Assembly: GCF_030684315.1 (NCBI RefSeq)
Contig: NC_081363.1
Location: 56,610,312 to 56,674,311, forward strand
Direction of reading: 5' to 3'
From: Stegostoma tigrinum
Taxonomy: Eukaryota
Length of the DNA stretch: 64,000 nucleotides
The first letter of the stretch is position 1, and each line of letters opens with the position of its first letter. This document shows, piece after piece, positions 38,645 to 51,744 of the stretch. Below the pieces are notes generated by a model, which had not been told where the DNA came from, made no database searches, and was given only the letters and a program-made list of their open reading frames with translations. A program made the position numbers and the translations under genes.

Positions 38645-39265
38645 TCTTTGGTGCAAGTAGCTAGGTACAAATCTTACAGAATTGAGAAAAAACTGTGGCC
38701 TTACACAAAGGGAATTAAAGGAAAGCATAAGCATTACTTCAGAGGTAGTTACAACACAGCGAAAAGTTTTTTAAAAATTACAGTCCGATAACAACAGCTC
38801 AGCATGTAGCGCCAGACCCAAACCCAGCAATTATCTCGCGCTGCTCCAGCCTTCAGCGTGCTCCTCGCCGTGACCAGGTAAATCGCGCTGTACTGGGATT
38901 CTTACCTCGGCTTCTTCATTGCTCTGGGACTCAGTCTCCCCACCCCGTCACTCCGGGGCACAGCCTCTCTGACATTCCAGGGACTCGGCCCCTCCTTCGT
39001 TGCCTTGGGCTTCTGTTCCTGCGCATGCCACGAGCTCATGATTGCTACCTGTGTGATGCTCTGGGCCTGCTTCCGCATGTGCTGCTGTGGTGCCCTTCCC
39101 CATGCTGCTCCTGGGTTGGAGTCGCCACTTGCAGTGTTCTGGGGCATGAGGGCTCGCTGCTTGCTCTGGTGCTGAGGGGATAGAAGAAGAAATAAAAGGG
39201 AAGAATAGGAAAAAGGAGAAAAAAGAACAGGTGAAGCAGTGGAGCTCCAACAGGCGCACACCTAT
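38645..39265. other. Unclassified GC/CpG-richer segment, probably an interspersed repeat
   Basis: Local CpG enrichment ending in a purine tract (39180-39230); ORFs not recognisable. Confidence 0.3.
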
Positions 39266-39579
39266 TATTTTACCCCTATTATCAATGCCTTACTGGATGC
39301 TCTCACTGAGACCCTATCATGGCCATGCCTTCTCTAGCCAAATGTCTATCTGAGAGATACAGGATCAGTTTCCCAGTTTGTGGGATGACCTAATAACCTT
39401 CAATAACAAACTTCTGTCAATACAGTGTCATCCATGACTTAGTTGATTCTCGTTTCTGACTTACAATGTTATTAGAACCAAGGTGCAAGATCCGAGTGAG
39501 GGAGTCTTTACCTGAGTGAGACAAAGTAAGTATCCGGTAATTTTGGTTAAAGTAATCTCAAAATTATTCCCAGTGCCAC

Positions 39580-41590
39580 ATGCTTGTGAGCATAAAATCA
39601 GGAAGATTGATTGAAAATGTAATTGGAGAACTGGAATAGGAAGGAGGCCATCAGATTTCTGTGGCAAGTAGGCCCCGTACCAGTGGGACTGATATCTTTG
39701 CAGGGAGATTTGCTAGTTTTGTTCGGTGGGTTTAACCTAGCTTGTCACAGAGGAGGTTTGGCGGGTGGTGGGGGGCGGCGGTATGGTGGGGAAGGGGTGA
39801 GAACCCAAATGGTAAGCCAAATTAGAAGGATATAAAGTTGGTAAGAGGAATTTGAAAATTTGCTTGGGAGCGAAAACAGGAGAAACAAAGCCAAATATTC
39901 AGAGTGCTTCAAAAGTGGAAAGGTGTCAACATATCCAGTTCTGGTTCTCCTACTTATAGGAAGGATATTATTAAGCTGCAGAAGGTTCAAAAAAGATTTA
40001 CCAGGATGTGGCCAGGAATGGAGCATTAAGTTGTAAGGAGAGGCAGGGTAGGTGGGACTGGAGCATGGGAGGTTGAGGGGTGAACTTACAGAGGCTTATA
40101 AACTCACGAAGGGCATAGATAAGGTGAATTAGATAGGAGCATAGATAAATTGTTTACAATTTACATAGATGATTTGGAGTTGGGGACTGTGTGTGGTGTG
40201 TCAAAATTTGCAGATGACACAAAGGTGAGTGGTAGAGCAAAGTTGCAGAAGACACTGAAAGTCTGCAGAGGGATAAAGATATTCTAAGTGAGTGGGCAAA
40301 GGTCTGGCAGATGGAGGACAATGTTGATAAGTGTGAGGTCATCCATTTTGGTTGGAATAACTGGAAAATGGACTATGTTTTAAGTGGTAAAAAATTGCAG
40401 CACGCTGCTGTGCAGAGAGACTCGGGTGTCTTTGTGCATGAATCGCTAAAAGTAGGATTTCAGGTGCAGCAGGTAATTAAAAAGGCAAATGGAATTTTGT
40501 CTGCCATTGCGAGAGGGATGGAGTTTAAAAACAGGGAGGCTATGCTGCAGCTGTATAGGGTCCTGGTGAGGCCATACCTAGAGTAATGTGTGCAGTTTTT
40601 AGTCTCCTTACGTGAGAAGAGACTTACTAGCATTGGAGCGGGTGCAGAGGAGATTGACTCAGTTGATTCCAGAGTTGAGAGGGTTGGATTATGAGGAGAG
40701 ACTGAGCAGGCTGGGATTATACTCATTGGAATTCAGAAGAATGAGGGGAGATCTTATAGAAACATATAAGATAATGAAGGGAATAGATAAGGTTGAGGCA
40801 GGGAGGTTGTTTCCGCGAGCAGGTGAAACTGGGACTAAGGGCATAGCCTCAAAATAAAGGGAAGCAGATGTAGGACTGAGGTTAGGAGGAACTTCTTCAC
40901 CCAAAGGGTTGTGAATCTGTCGAATTCCCTGCCCAGTGAAGTGGTTGAAGCTTCCTCACTGAATGTTTTTACGGCAAGGCTAGATAAATTTTTGAACAGT
41001 AAAGGAATTAAGGGTTACGGTGAGTGGGCGGGTAAGTGGAGCTGAGTCTCAAAAAGATCAGCCATGATCTTAATAAAGATCGGGGCAGGCTCAAGGGGCC
41101 AGATGGCCTACTCCTGCTCCTAGTTCTTATGTTCTTGTTATGAATAACAGCTGTCTTTTCCCTAGCGTGGGGGATTTCAAGACTAAGGGGCATATCTTGA
41201 AGGTGACAGGAAAAAGATTTGAAAAATACAGCTAATTGACAATCTTATTGACAGAATTTTGTTATTGAAGGATATTAGATCACCCCACAAGCTGGGAAAC
41301 TGATCCTGCAGTTCTCAGATAGACATCTAACTACAGAAAGCATGGCCATGATCGGGTCTCAGTGAGAACACTCTTGTTTTACACAGTGTGGTTTATGTGT
41401 GGAATGAAATTCCAGAGAAAGTGATGGATACAGCTACAGTTACAACATTCAAAAGACTACTTGGATAAGTAGATGAATAAGACATGTTTGGAGTGAAATG
41501 GGCAGGTGGGATGGGATTAGTTTGGGATCATGATTGGCATGGACTAGTTAGACAAAAGGGTCTGTTATCATGCTATATGACTCTATGATT
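39580..41590 (+). mobile_element. CR1 mosaic: older fragments with a younger ~1 kb CR1 nested at ~40150-41140
   Basis: KFADDTK at ~40204, ORFs 40311-40586 and 40612-40857, tail ttcttatgttctt at ~41125; the older copy resumes at ~41150. Confidence 0.85.
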
Positions 41591-41639
41591 GTATCAGAGA
41601 AAGTTAAGGGCACTCTACCTGAAAGCTTTTGAAATTTAC

Positions 41640-42995
41640 CAAAGTTAGATAATTTAGTGGCTAAAATAGACATACATGGTATAATCTAATAGCCATTACA
41701 GAAACAGTGCTGTGTGGTAACCGGGATCCTGAATATTCCTTTAGGAAGGGTAAAGATGAAGGAATAGGAGGTGGAGTTGCACTCATAGTACAGGATGGCG
41801 TCAGCACTCTAGTAAGGAAGGATCTCAGATTGGAACAACTATGTGTGCAATCTGTTTGGGTGAAGCTTAGAAGCAGCAAGGGCAGCAGTAATTCGTTAGA
41901 GTAAATTATAGTCCACTGAATAGTAATAGTGGTGTGGAGCAAGGTATTAATAAGGAGATGAGAGAAGCATGTAGCATGGTCAATACAATTATGAGTAACT
42001 TCAAGCTGCATACAGAGTGGGTAAACTAGTTAAGCACCAAACTGTGGAGGATGAGTTTCTGGAGTATTTTAGAGAGATCTTTCTGGAGCAGTATATTGAG
42101 AAGTGATGTTCCCTCTCAGCTGTGCTCCTGCATTCGTCTGCAGTCGCTCTGATGTTTCATGCACAGCGCTCAGCATCAGTATACTGAACACAGCATTGAC
42201 TTGCACCTCCTGAAATCACTGTCATGCAGAGACCACAGAGGCCTGCGCAGTCATTAAGAAAATTAGAGGGAACACTGTTGAGGAGTGAATTAGAGAACCT
42301 GCTAATTTAAATCTAGTATTATACAGTGAAAACAGCTAATTGACAATCTTATTGTAAAGAACCTTTAGGGATGAGTAACCACAATGTGAAAGAATTACAC
42401 ATTATGTTAAATTACATTAAAGTGATGTAGTTCCACCTGAAGTAAAGGTTTTAAATTAGAATAAAGGAAGTATTGAAGACATGAGGTATAAATTGGCTAA
42501 GGCAAATTGGGAAAATACAATAAAAGACATGACTATATACAGGCAAAGGATAGTCGTTAAAGAATGATTACATGACTCACAGCAAAAGATGCAAAAAACC
42601 CAATAAACATCAGTCAACCGTGGCTAACAAAGGTAGGTTCAAGATTAAAAGAAAGGGTTTATAAAGTTGCCAGAAATATCAGTAAATCTGAGAGCTGTTA
42701 GATTTTTAGAATGCAGTAACAGGGAGGCAAGAAACTGAAAATGGAGAGTATGATATGAATGTATTCTAGCAAAAAAAATACAGTAATGGGCTGTAAGAGC
42801 TTTGATTGGTACATAAAAGAAAGTATATTGATAAAATAATTATGGGTTCATTACAGGAGAGTCAGCAAAATTTATAATTGGAAATAAAGAAATGGCAGTG
42901 ATACTAAATGGTTACTTTGTGTCTGTTTTCACTGAGAAACATGCATGAAGTCTCTCAGAAATAGAGATTGAAGTGACTAGGTAGAATAAGGAGTA
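41640..42995 (+). mobile_element. Old CR1 endonuclease-linker fragment
   Basis: LIAITET, GGGVALIV, SVWVKLR motifs; ccgtggctaac (PWLT). Confidence 0.8.
42104..42277. mobile_element. hAT-type MITE (174 bp) in CR1
   Basis: TIRs TGATGTTCCCTCTCA / TTAGAGGGAACACTG; 8 bp TSD ttgagaag (42096-42103) and ttgaggag (42278-42285). Confidence 0.8.
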
Positions 42996-42999
42996 AGGA

Positions 43000-43770
43000 A
43001 ATTGTTGCAGGAGGGAAGGGAAGGGGTGAGGGCAGAAGTGTGGGAGATGGGTCGGACCAGATTGAGCTCCCTGTTAACAATGGTGTTGGGGTATCCCTGG
43101 TTGAGGCAGAAGATGGATATTTCGGAAGCTCTCTTGTCAAAGAAGACCTCAAGTGAATGTATGTGATGAAGATGGACGAACTGAGATAATGGGATGGAGT
43201 CTTTACAGGAAGCAGGGTGTGAGGATGTGTAGTCGAGGGAGCTGTGGGAGTCATTGGATTTATAATGGATACTTATGGCCAGGCTATTCCCGGAAATGGA
43301 AGTAGATATGTTGAGGAATGGAAGGGAGGAGTCAGAGCTAGACCAGGTGAAAGTGAGGGCAGGGTGGAAATTGAAAGCAAAATTGATGAACTTTCCCAAT
43401 TCTGGAGGAGAGTAGGAAACAGCAACAATGATATCATCAACATATTGTAAAAGGAGTAGTGCGCGAGGGCCGGAATAGGACTGGAACAAGGAATGTTCCA
43501 CGTACCCCACAAAGACACAGGCATAATGGGGGCCCATGCGGGTACTCATGGCAACCCCTCTTACCTGAAGAAAATGGGAGGAGTTAAAAGAGAAGTTATT
43601 GAGGGTGAGGATGAGGTTGGCCAAGGGGTGGAGAATGGTGGTGGGTGGGGGTGGAATTGCATGTCTATAATAAAGAGGAGATGGCTGTAATCTACAAACT
43701 GGAAATTTTCAGACCAGTGTAAAGCATCAGAGGAATCACAAATGTATGTTGGCAAGGACTGGGCCAGGGG
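43000..43770 (-). mobile_element. Penelope-like RT fragment
   Basis: ORF 42977-43624: NNFSFNSSHFLQVRGVAMSTRMGP, YVDDI, LPFLNI, DYTSSHP, SIPLSQF. Confidence 0.9.
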
Positions 43771-45889
43771 AGAAGACTGAAAAGACTGTGGTTTCTAAGC
43801 TGTGATTTAGAAGTGGCAACACTGTATTCCTTTTTAAACAGAATCTCATCCACTTTGTTTTTAAAAACCTGCCATGTGTTTTTGTTCCATCCTTCACTCC
43901 TGCCAATCTGCTTCACAATTCTGCCACCATCTAACTAAATTGTTGTTTGCTGTCTTCTTTTGACATCATCAGTTTGAACCATGGCCTTAAGCCTCAAAGC
44001 TTTGCCTGTTGGGGGAGCTTTCCAGGTTTAAAATGTGTCGCATCTGTAATAATCCTATATAGTACTGTTAATTCTTCCTGCATCCTCTGACAAATAAAAT
44101 AGTGGAAAAATTGATCCAATAAAGAAAAATAGTGGAAACAGCTATTCCAGCTGTAATGACTAATTCATATTAAACATTTATCTCATACTTTCAAAGTCAA
44201 GTCATCAAAATAGTTTGACACAAGCTAAATTATTATCCATTTATATGCTGTTATACTGCACATTTCAAAGAATCATCCATTGTGGGAATGTTATTAATAG
44301 AAATGTCTTTTCACTTAGCTCATTAATTTTTTGATATTGTAAAATTTGTAGTCCATAAAATAAAGGAAATATTATAATGATTTTTAAACCAAAGCCAGTC
44401 CTGGAGATCTAATTTAAAAGTAACACTCTGATATTTTAAATTAATGTTACTTAATTGCAAAATTTTGTTAGGAAAGCATTGCGTTTGATGGATGATGTTT
44501 ACGGCATTCCAAGTAATTCACTAAAAATGTATGCTCCATAAACACAGAAGTTTTTAATAATGGTTGCATTCTACTTCATTAGCAGCATTTTCCACATACA
44601 TAATACTGTCACTTTCTTTTGAGAACATTTTAACCCCAGGGTTACTTCTCTTGCTGCAGCCTATTGATTCCTTTTGTGTTAGATTGTCAATACTGTGAAA
44701 TGATTTTGAGGGGAAAAAGCCCATCCACTTCAGATGTGATGTCTCCTGCATTACCTAAACCACAGCAGAACAATGATAGACAACAGAGCTTTTCTACTCT
44801 CTGCCAATTCATTCCCCATGGCAACACGGATAAGAATGCTTGTCTGGAAGAGCTTCAAGCTGAGGCCTAGGATAATAAAAAATGGAATAACATCACAATA
44901 ATACACTGATGAGTGAGAGAGGCCACAGATGCATTCAGATACCCACAACACTGTAGGCTTGAGGCATTTAGTGTTTTGCTCAATGTCTCTTGTATGTTGA
45001 GAGCAGGTAAATAGAGATTTTCAAGTGAAACATGTAAGAGATACAATGTAAGAGGCAGCATGCAACCTTGGTTGCTTTGGTAAGTACACAAGTAGTTTTC
45101 AAATATATTGTCATCTACTTCTCCTAATTTAAGGCAACCTTTGGTTTTATACTTTATCGACATCTAAATGTCTGATTAGTGGTTTACCAGTGCAGATAAG
45201 AACAGAATGTCCAATATAATTCATCAGTCAAAATGCACTCTGCTCCATAACAGAGAAAAATATTTCCTTCTTAAAGTTTGCCAAAATGTTATCCCGTGGA
45301 ATTTGACATTTGCGAATAAAGACACTATTTGAAATGTACAATAATAAAGTTGTTTACTTAATTTTCATAGCATGAAAAATACATGATTTTACAACATTAG
45401 ACTTCCTAGCAGAAAGAGGTGTAAGATTTTGAAAAGATATTTACTGTCTCAGAACAGTCAGTCCTTGTCGCCTTGACTGTTCCACCATATTGTTATTAAC
45501 CATGAATATTAGTGTTAACTTGATTCGTGATCTGCACGTTCTTTATATTTTCTGTGACAGTCTGACCTATAAACACATTTCATGTCACCTATGCTCAGTG
45601 TGCCCCAGTTCTCCCTTTAAGTAATGTGTATCACATTGCCTCACCTACCTGGTGAGCATACCAAAACTGCTTATGGTAATCCAGATGCAGTCTAACCAAG
45701 GAATTTGCTGAGGTAGAATGTTCTCCAGTACAAGTATTGAATGGTTCTATTAATGGAGTACAACACCCTGTTTCTTTTACTCTATAATGATACATTTCTC
45801 TAGTCTCCACACAAGCAATAGGGACTGAAATATAAAGGCTTTGGGAAAGGTTCAGGAGTAAACTAAGAGAAAAGCTCCTATCTTAAAGT

Positions 45890-46895
45890 AGAGATAATGG
45901 GAACTGCAGATGCTGGAGAATCCAAGAAAACAAAGTTTGAGGCTAGATGAGCACAGCAGGCCAAGCAGCATCTCAGGAGCTCAAAAGCTGCTGTTTTGGG
46001 CCTAGACCCTTCATCAGAAAACGGGGATGGGGAGAGGGTTCTGAAATAAATAGGGGGAGAGGGGGAGGTGGACTGAATATGGATAGAGGAGAAGATAGGT
46101 GGAGAGGAGAGTATGGGTGGGGAGGTAGGGAGGGAATAGGTCAGTCCGGAGAGGATGGACAGGTCAAGGGGGCAGGATGAGGTTAGTAGGTAGGAAATGG
46201 AGGTGCAGCTTGAGGTGGGTGGAGGGGATAGGTGAGAGGAAGACCAGGTTAGGCAGGCGGGGATGAGCTGGGCTGGTTTTCGGATGCAGTGGCGGGAGGG
46301 GAGATTTTGAAGCTGGTGAAATCCACATTAATACCATTGGGCTGCAGGGATCCCAAGTGGAATATGAGTTGCTGTTCCTGCAACCTATGGGAGGCATCAT
46401 TATCGCACTGCAGGAGGCCCAGGATGGACACGTCGTCTAAGGAATGGGAGGGGGAGTTGAAATGGTTCGCGACTGGGAGGTGCAGTTGTTTACTGCGAAC
46501 CAAGTGTAGGTCTTCTGTAAAGCGGTCCCCAAGCCTCCGCTTGGTTTCCCCAATGTAGAGGAAGCCACACCGTGTACAGTGGATGCAGTATACCACATTG
46601 GCAGATGTGCAGGCGAACATCTGCTTGATGTGGAAAGTCATCTTGGGGCCTGCGATAGGGGTGAGGGAGGAGGTGTGGGGGCAAGCGTAGCACTTCCTGC
46701 GGTTGCAGGGGAAGGTGCCGTGTGTGGTGGGGTTGGAGGGGAGTGTGGAGTGGACAAGGGAGTCACAGAGAGAGTGGTCTCTCCGGAAAGCAGACAGGGG
46801 TGGGGATGGAAAAATGTCTTTAGTGGTGGGGTTGGATTGTAGATGGCAGAAATGTTGGAGGATGATACGTTGTATCGGGAGGTTGGTCGGGTGGA
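45890..46895 (-). mobile_element. 5'-truncated Penelope-like element
   Basis: ORF 46249-46641 with GIY-YIG VVYCIHCTRCGFLYIGETKRRL; mutated hammerhead at 45990-46017. Confidence 0.92.
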
Positions 46896-47974
46896 TTTAC
46901 ACAAATTGACCTTGTTTTAGAGCAGTCGAGGCAAAGTGAGTAAGAAATATGTTAAATAATGGATGAGCTGGATTGCATGTCTATGACTAGGCTTTTTCAA
47001 TTTGGCAACTAGTGAAGGATTAAGGAACATGCACTTAAACAACCTAAGAGTTACAGTCAGAACAGTCTAGTGAGCCTCTGGTGATAATCCAGCTTGTCTG
47101 GCATTTGCCAATTCACAACACATTTCAAAGTGTGCAGCTTATTTGGGGCAGCAATCACTGCAGATAGAAGGCTTATGGCAAATTTATACATCGTCTCTGT
47201 TATTGTTTGCTCCAGATTCTAGGAATGAGAGACTGCAGCTATGAGGATAGATTGAATAAACTGAGATTGCTCCCCATGGAAAGAAGAAGGGGATTTGAAA
47301 GCAGCACAGCTTTATGCGTTAAACAGGATGAAAGATTAGTGTATTAAACAACTACTGCTAAAAATTATTTAAGTTTAAAAAAATGTCATTGGGTAAACAA
47401 CAGATAAAAACTTTTAAAGTTAAGATAAAAGTTATGTATGAAGTTGAAAATGAGATCACTCTATATTGTCACACACCAGGCTCACTTGAGGATACTTTAT
47501 CTGAAATGATGAGTTGAAATTTGAGTTAGATTCAGCAGCTGTGATAGCTTCTGTAACTGAATAGCCAGGTCTACCTTTATAGGTACACTCACTCCATAGG
47601 CACAGCAACTGTAGCAGCAAGTAAAGGTCACTCTTCTTTGCTGCTCCTGTTGGCTTGACACTTGAAAACAGCCTGAACTCCTTCTCAGCTTAACAAAGTC
47701 TTTCTGGACACTTTTTCTATGTAACTGCTTGCGTCAGAGAGACAAACCACTCTCACATGCTGTTCACAACTAGCTCAGATGGAGCTTGCGGTGGGAATTA
47801 TCTTCACAAGGTCTCTCTAACACAGATCGAGACTTAAAATGGTTGTCATCCCAAACTGGAAAATTATGGTTCCACATCAGCATTGGGTTGTCTAGGCTTT
47901 GGGCATAGGCCGTATTCATTGCCTTTTAGTTGAGGTTATTCACTTTTAACCATCTTAGCCATTAGCTTTGGTGG

Positions 47975-48054
47975 CTCTGGATGTGAGTTTGCTCGCTGAG
48001 CTGGAAGGTTGGGCAAACTCACATCCAGAACCTCAACCTGAGCTACAAATCTTT
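47975..48054. mobile_element. 80 bp fold-back insertion with 8 bp TSD (probably a third PLE-terminus family)
   Basis: 17 bp perfect arms at 47976-47992 and 48013-48029; TSD tttggtgg at 47967-47974 and 48055-48062. Confidence 0.65.
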
Positions 48055-49857
48055 TTTGGTGGGTCTCATTATCAGGTTTCTTTGGTGATGGGAAGAACTG
48101 TCCGCATCTAAAGGAAATCATATCAAGGAGTTTCTATTTACACTTGTAACTATCCATCAGATTTTAAAAAGTCTGTTGTGAGTTCTCCCTAAGATGTACA
48201 TTCTAGTCCCAATACCAGCTAATATTCACAGGGGTAGTCATATCACTTTGGGAGCCAGTTTGTAAGATCCTGTGCCCATTTTAAAAACTAATCAACATTT
48301 TTAAACATCATATGTAGTATTATAAATATACAGCCAAGGAAAAGTATTCACAATTACAAGCGAACTGTTTAGCTCAACCATAATGTTACAATGGAATCAG
48401 TCCCCTGTTATCAGAATCAGTGTTATCCAGTGCATAATAGTGTTCTGCTGCATTAAATAATGTTGATCGGTACTTTTTGAGGAGCGCAGAAAGGATACCT
48501 CCCTTCAACTGTGATGCTTATTTTACTTTGGTCTGGATAGTTTAATTAAACTCAGATGTTTTGCTGTGTAAAAGGAAATAGGCAAAGTGTATTAAAAAAA
48601 AATCATAATCGTGTAGTCTAATACAGTAAAAACTCATTGCAGATACTGAAAGTCTAAACAAATGCAGAAAATGTTAGAAAAACTCAACAAGTCTAGCTAC
48701 ATTTGTGCTGGTGGAACCATGAATAATGTTAACAATTTGTTTTAAATATTTATTTACTACGTTAATGATAATAGGTCATTGGCAACTTGCAAGACCACAA
48801 ATGAGCTAATTAATATATAATTGTAATAATATGGTTATAGATACTGGTAAAATATATCAAATATAGGGATTTAGATTATTTTGTCTAATGTTCTGAATTT
48901 TAACCCTAAGTAAAACTTTCTTAATTAAATGGCCTATTGAAATATTTGCAAACGAGGATATTTCATGTTTTTTTATTGCCCTTCCAATGTATTAAATTCA
49001 CAGAATTTTACAGAGGTTATCTTGAGTGGAAGATGAATATGATCAATGAACCTGATTTGCAGTTTTTATGGCATAGTAAAATTGAACATTGCAATATGGC
49101 TGCCAAAACAGGAAATCTCATACCGTATATTATAAATACAGTTGACATAGTCAGTCACTATAAACTAATGACTTTAATGTTAAGCGAACAGAAAAACGGG
49201 ATAAGATTTTCAAGCTCATGTCAAAATACTAAATCCCAAACTTAAAATTTGTATTATCCAACAGTTGTGATCCTACAATGTATTTTAACACACTTTCTTT
49301 TCTTTTCAAAGCCAATATGTGGTCTTTCCCATTTTTCCTGTTCCACTCACCAGGCAAAAAGTCTGTCTGGACCTTACTGCAAGGCCCTCCACACTCAGAC
49401 CAGTCCAAGCATCAGGACCTCAACTTCAGGAGGCCTAACATCTGCTCAACAATGGCTGGTTGAAGAACGTAGTGTATTGAGTCTATATTCGTCCTCAGCC
49501 AGGGTTTTGAATCATTGAGTCATTAGCCATGGTTGGAGGGATTAAACCAAATCTCAAAGTAGCCATGCTTGCTTTTCTTTCTTGATGTGGTTATGGGAAG
49601 GCAAGGTATCAGTAACCATACAGAACTTAATAATGTCCTATTTTATTTGTGTGACATGGGTTGTGCTGCATTCATGAGAATAACTCACTGTGTCAGAATT
49701 CCATGTAGGGAGACTCCAAAGTGCTCTTTGTGGGAGTCCTCCATATCCTACTGTGTGGACGACTAGGCTAAACCATCATTTATGAGAAATGCGACCTGTA
49801 TCTTTCACACACAGGTTCATTGGAACCATGACCCATGGATCCAGTTACAACAGTGAT

Positions 49858-50064
49858 GGTAAAATATGAGGCTGGATGAACGCAGCAGGCCCAACAGCAT
49901 CTCAGGAGCACAAAAGCTGATGTTTCGGGCCTAGACCCTCCATCAGAGAGCTCTCTGATTAAGAGTCTAGGCCCGAAACGTCAGCTTTTGTGCTCCTGAG
50001 ATGCTGCTGGGCCTGCTGTGTTCATCCAGCCTCACATTTTATTATCTTGGATTCTCCAACTCAC
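49858..50064. mobile_element. Spacer-less palindromic PLE-terminus element with 11 bp TSD
   Basis: ~96 bp arms centred on 49950/49951 (cagagag|ctctctg); TSD acaacagtgat at 49847-49857 and 50065-50075. Confidence 0.92.
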
Positions 50065-50229
50065 ACAACAGTGATAGTCATTGCTGTCACTGAAGTGCAG
50101 CAAATGCATTGGTAAATTGAAGAGAAAAGAGTGCTTCAGCAAGCCTAAGACAGGTAGCTATCTCCCGTGAAGAGCAAATAGGGATGAAGGGGTCCCAGAT
50201 GGTAACCTCGGGATTTGCAGGAGGTAGAG

Positions 50230-51130
50230 AAGACTCAGAGTCTCTTGTTCTCAATGCTCTTTCCTCCAGAGGTGCATTGCTGCCACATTCTGAGGATATC
50301 CTGGGACACTGTCACTGATTTTGCAACTGCTGGAGTAGAAATTGTGATCTAAAGGCAAGTGGGTGGTCATTCTATCTCAGTAGCTTTCAAGGTCAGAGCT
50401 GTGTTAAATTTTTATGCTACTGTCTGCTTCCATGGATCCACTGGGAACTTGTATGGGATCTCTCAACCCTCAAGCCAGAAATGCATCAAGGCTGTTACTG
50501 ATATAGTTTGTGTTCAATCAATCAGCTTCATCTCATTTGTCCATGAAAAGCTCCGTGTGGCAGCACGGGCAGTAGGCTTTGCCAACATCGCTGGATTCTC
50601 CAGGTGCAGGGCACTATAGAATGTGCACAGATTGCATTGAGAATGCCATATTATAACACAGCTGACTTCAATAATAAAAACAGATTTCACTCCATCAATG
50701 TACAAGCCATTTTGGGATCATCGCTGTCACATCTTAGAAATCTGTACCAGGTACCTTGGTGCATACTTTCATGTTCCTACTGCATTTCAAGGGCTCACTG
50801 AGCATAGATCCAATGCAGCCCATTCACACACTATGGCCATCATGGAGCACATGACAGGCCTTCTGATGATAAGACTGAGATGCATGGCCCTGTGTGGGAG
50901 CCTTGACGTACCCTCCAGGCAAAGACTGCTACCTAATTCTTTTATGCTGTGCTCTGCAAACTGAAGCATGCAAATAGAGGTTGTGATGAACGTTGAAGAT
51001 TTGGGAGAGTGGCAGAAGAGTTCCAAGGAGGAAAATATGGACATTAAATTGGAGAAACAACGCCTTCAGCATGATAGAGCAGTGCAGCATCAGGAGCAAC
51101 AGACCCGACTGGACTTAATTGACACCTAGT
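50230..51130 (+). mobile_element. PIF/Harbinger (HARBI1-like DDE) transposase, degenerate
   Basis: VLNFYAT...GISQPS..KCIKAVT...GFANIAGF / QGTIECAQI...NKNRFHSINVQ / DHRCHILEICTRY; frameshifts and an internal deletion. Confidence 0.85.
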
Positions 51131-51744
51131 TTGGGTGAATGATCATTGACTGTACAATTTTGTTCGAAAGGCAAGCAGCCCCTGTCACTCCCCGAAGAAA
51201 ATGCAACTTTTTATTACGTTTGTTTTCTCTTTATTTTTGTTGTTGTTCACTGAAAGTAAACATTTTAACTGACACAGACAATCGAAGGAAGTTTTAGCTG
51301 ATGTAACATTTCATACAGCTGAACTCATGGCCTTCTCAGCCAGACAACAGAATGCCTCAGCATCTTAATAAGATGAGACTAGAATGCAAACAGTTTATAT
51401 GAAGTAGAAAGGGAAAGTTTGCCCTACCTGAGATGATGCTTTTAAAATAATTTTAATTACACTTTAGAGTAGGTACATAATCATACAAGTAGAGAAGTTT
51501 AAATTTATTAGATATTGGAGAATTAAATTTGTGAAGGCAGTTAACCTTGGATGCAAAGACTAGTTTTGATAAACAGACTTGAAGAAACTGGGTCCCCACA
51601 TGAAAGCCAGACTCAGAGCCACCTCTAGCCTCTCCCACACTTCTGGTGAAGGAGCTTTAAACAAAGATTAATTTGTGCTACTGGATGTAGGACTCAGACT
51701 CCTGTTTAAAATCTGGCCTGGATGGTATGAAGCTTCTATTTATT

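Noticed and set aside
39301-41367. 122 bp inverted repeats as TIRs of one DNA transposon
   Set aside because: The right copy sits inside colinear CR1 sequence, is fused to a second locally copied tract, and has no TSD.
50230-51130. Domesticated HARBI1 gene
   Set aside because: Frameshifts and an internal deletion indicate a dead transposon copy.
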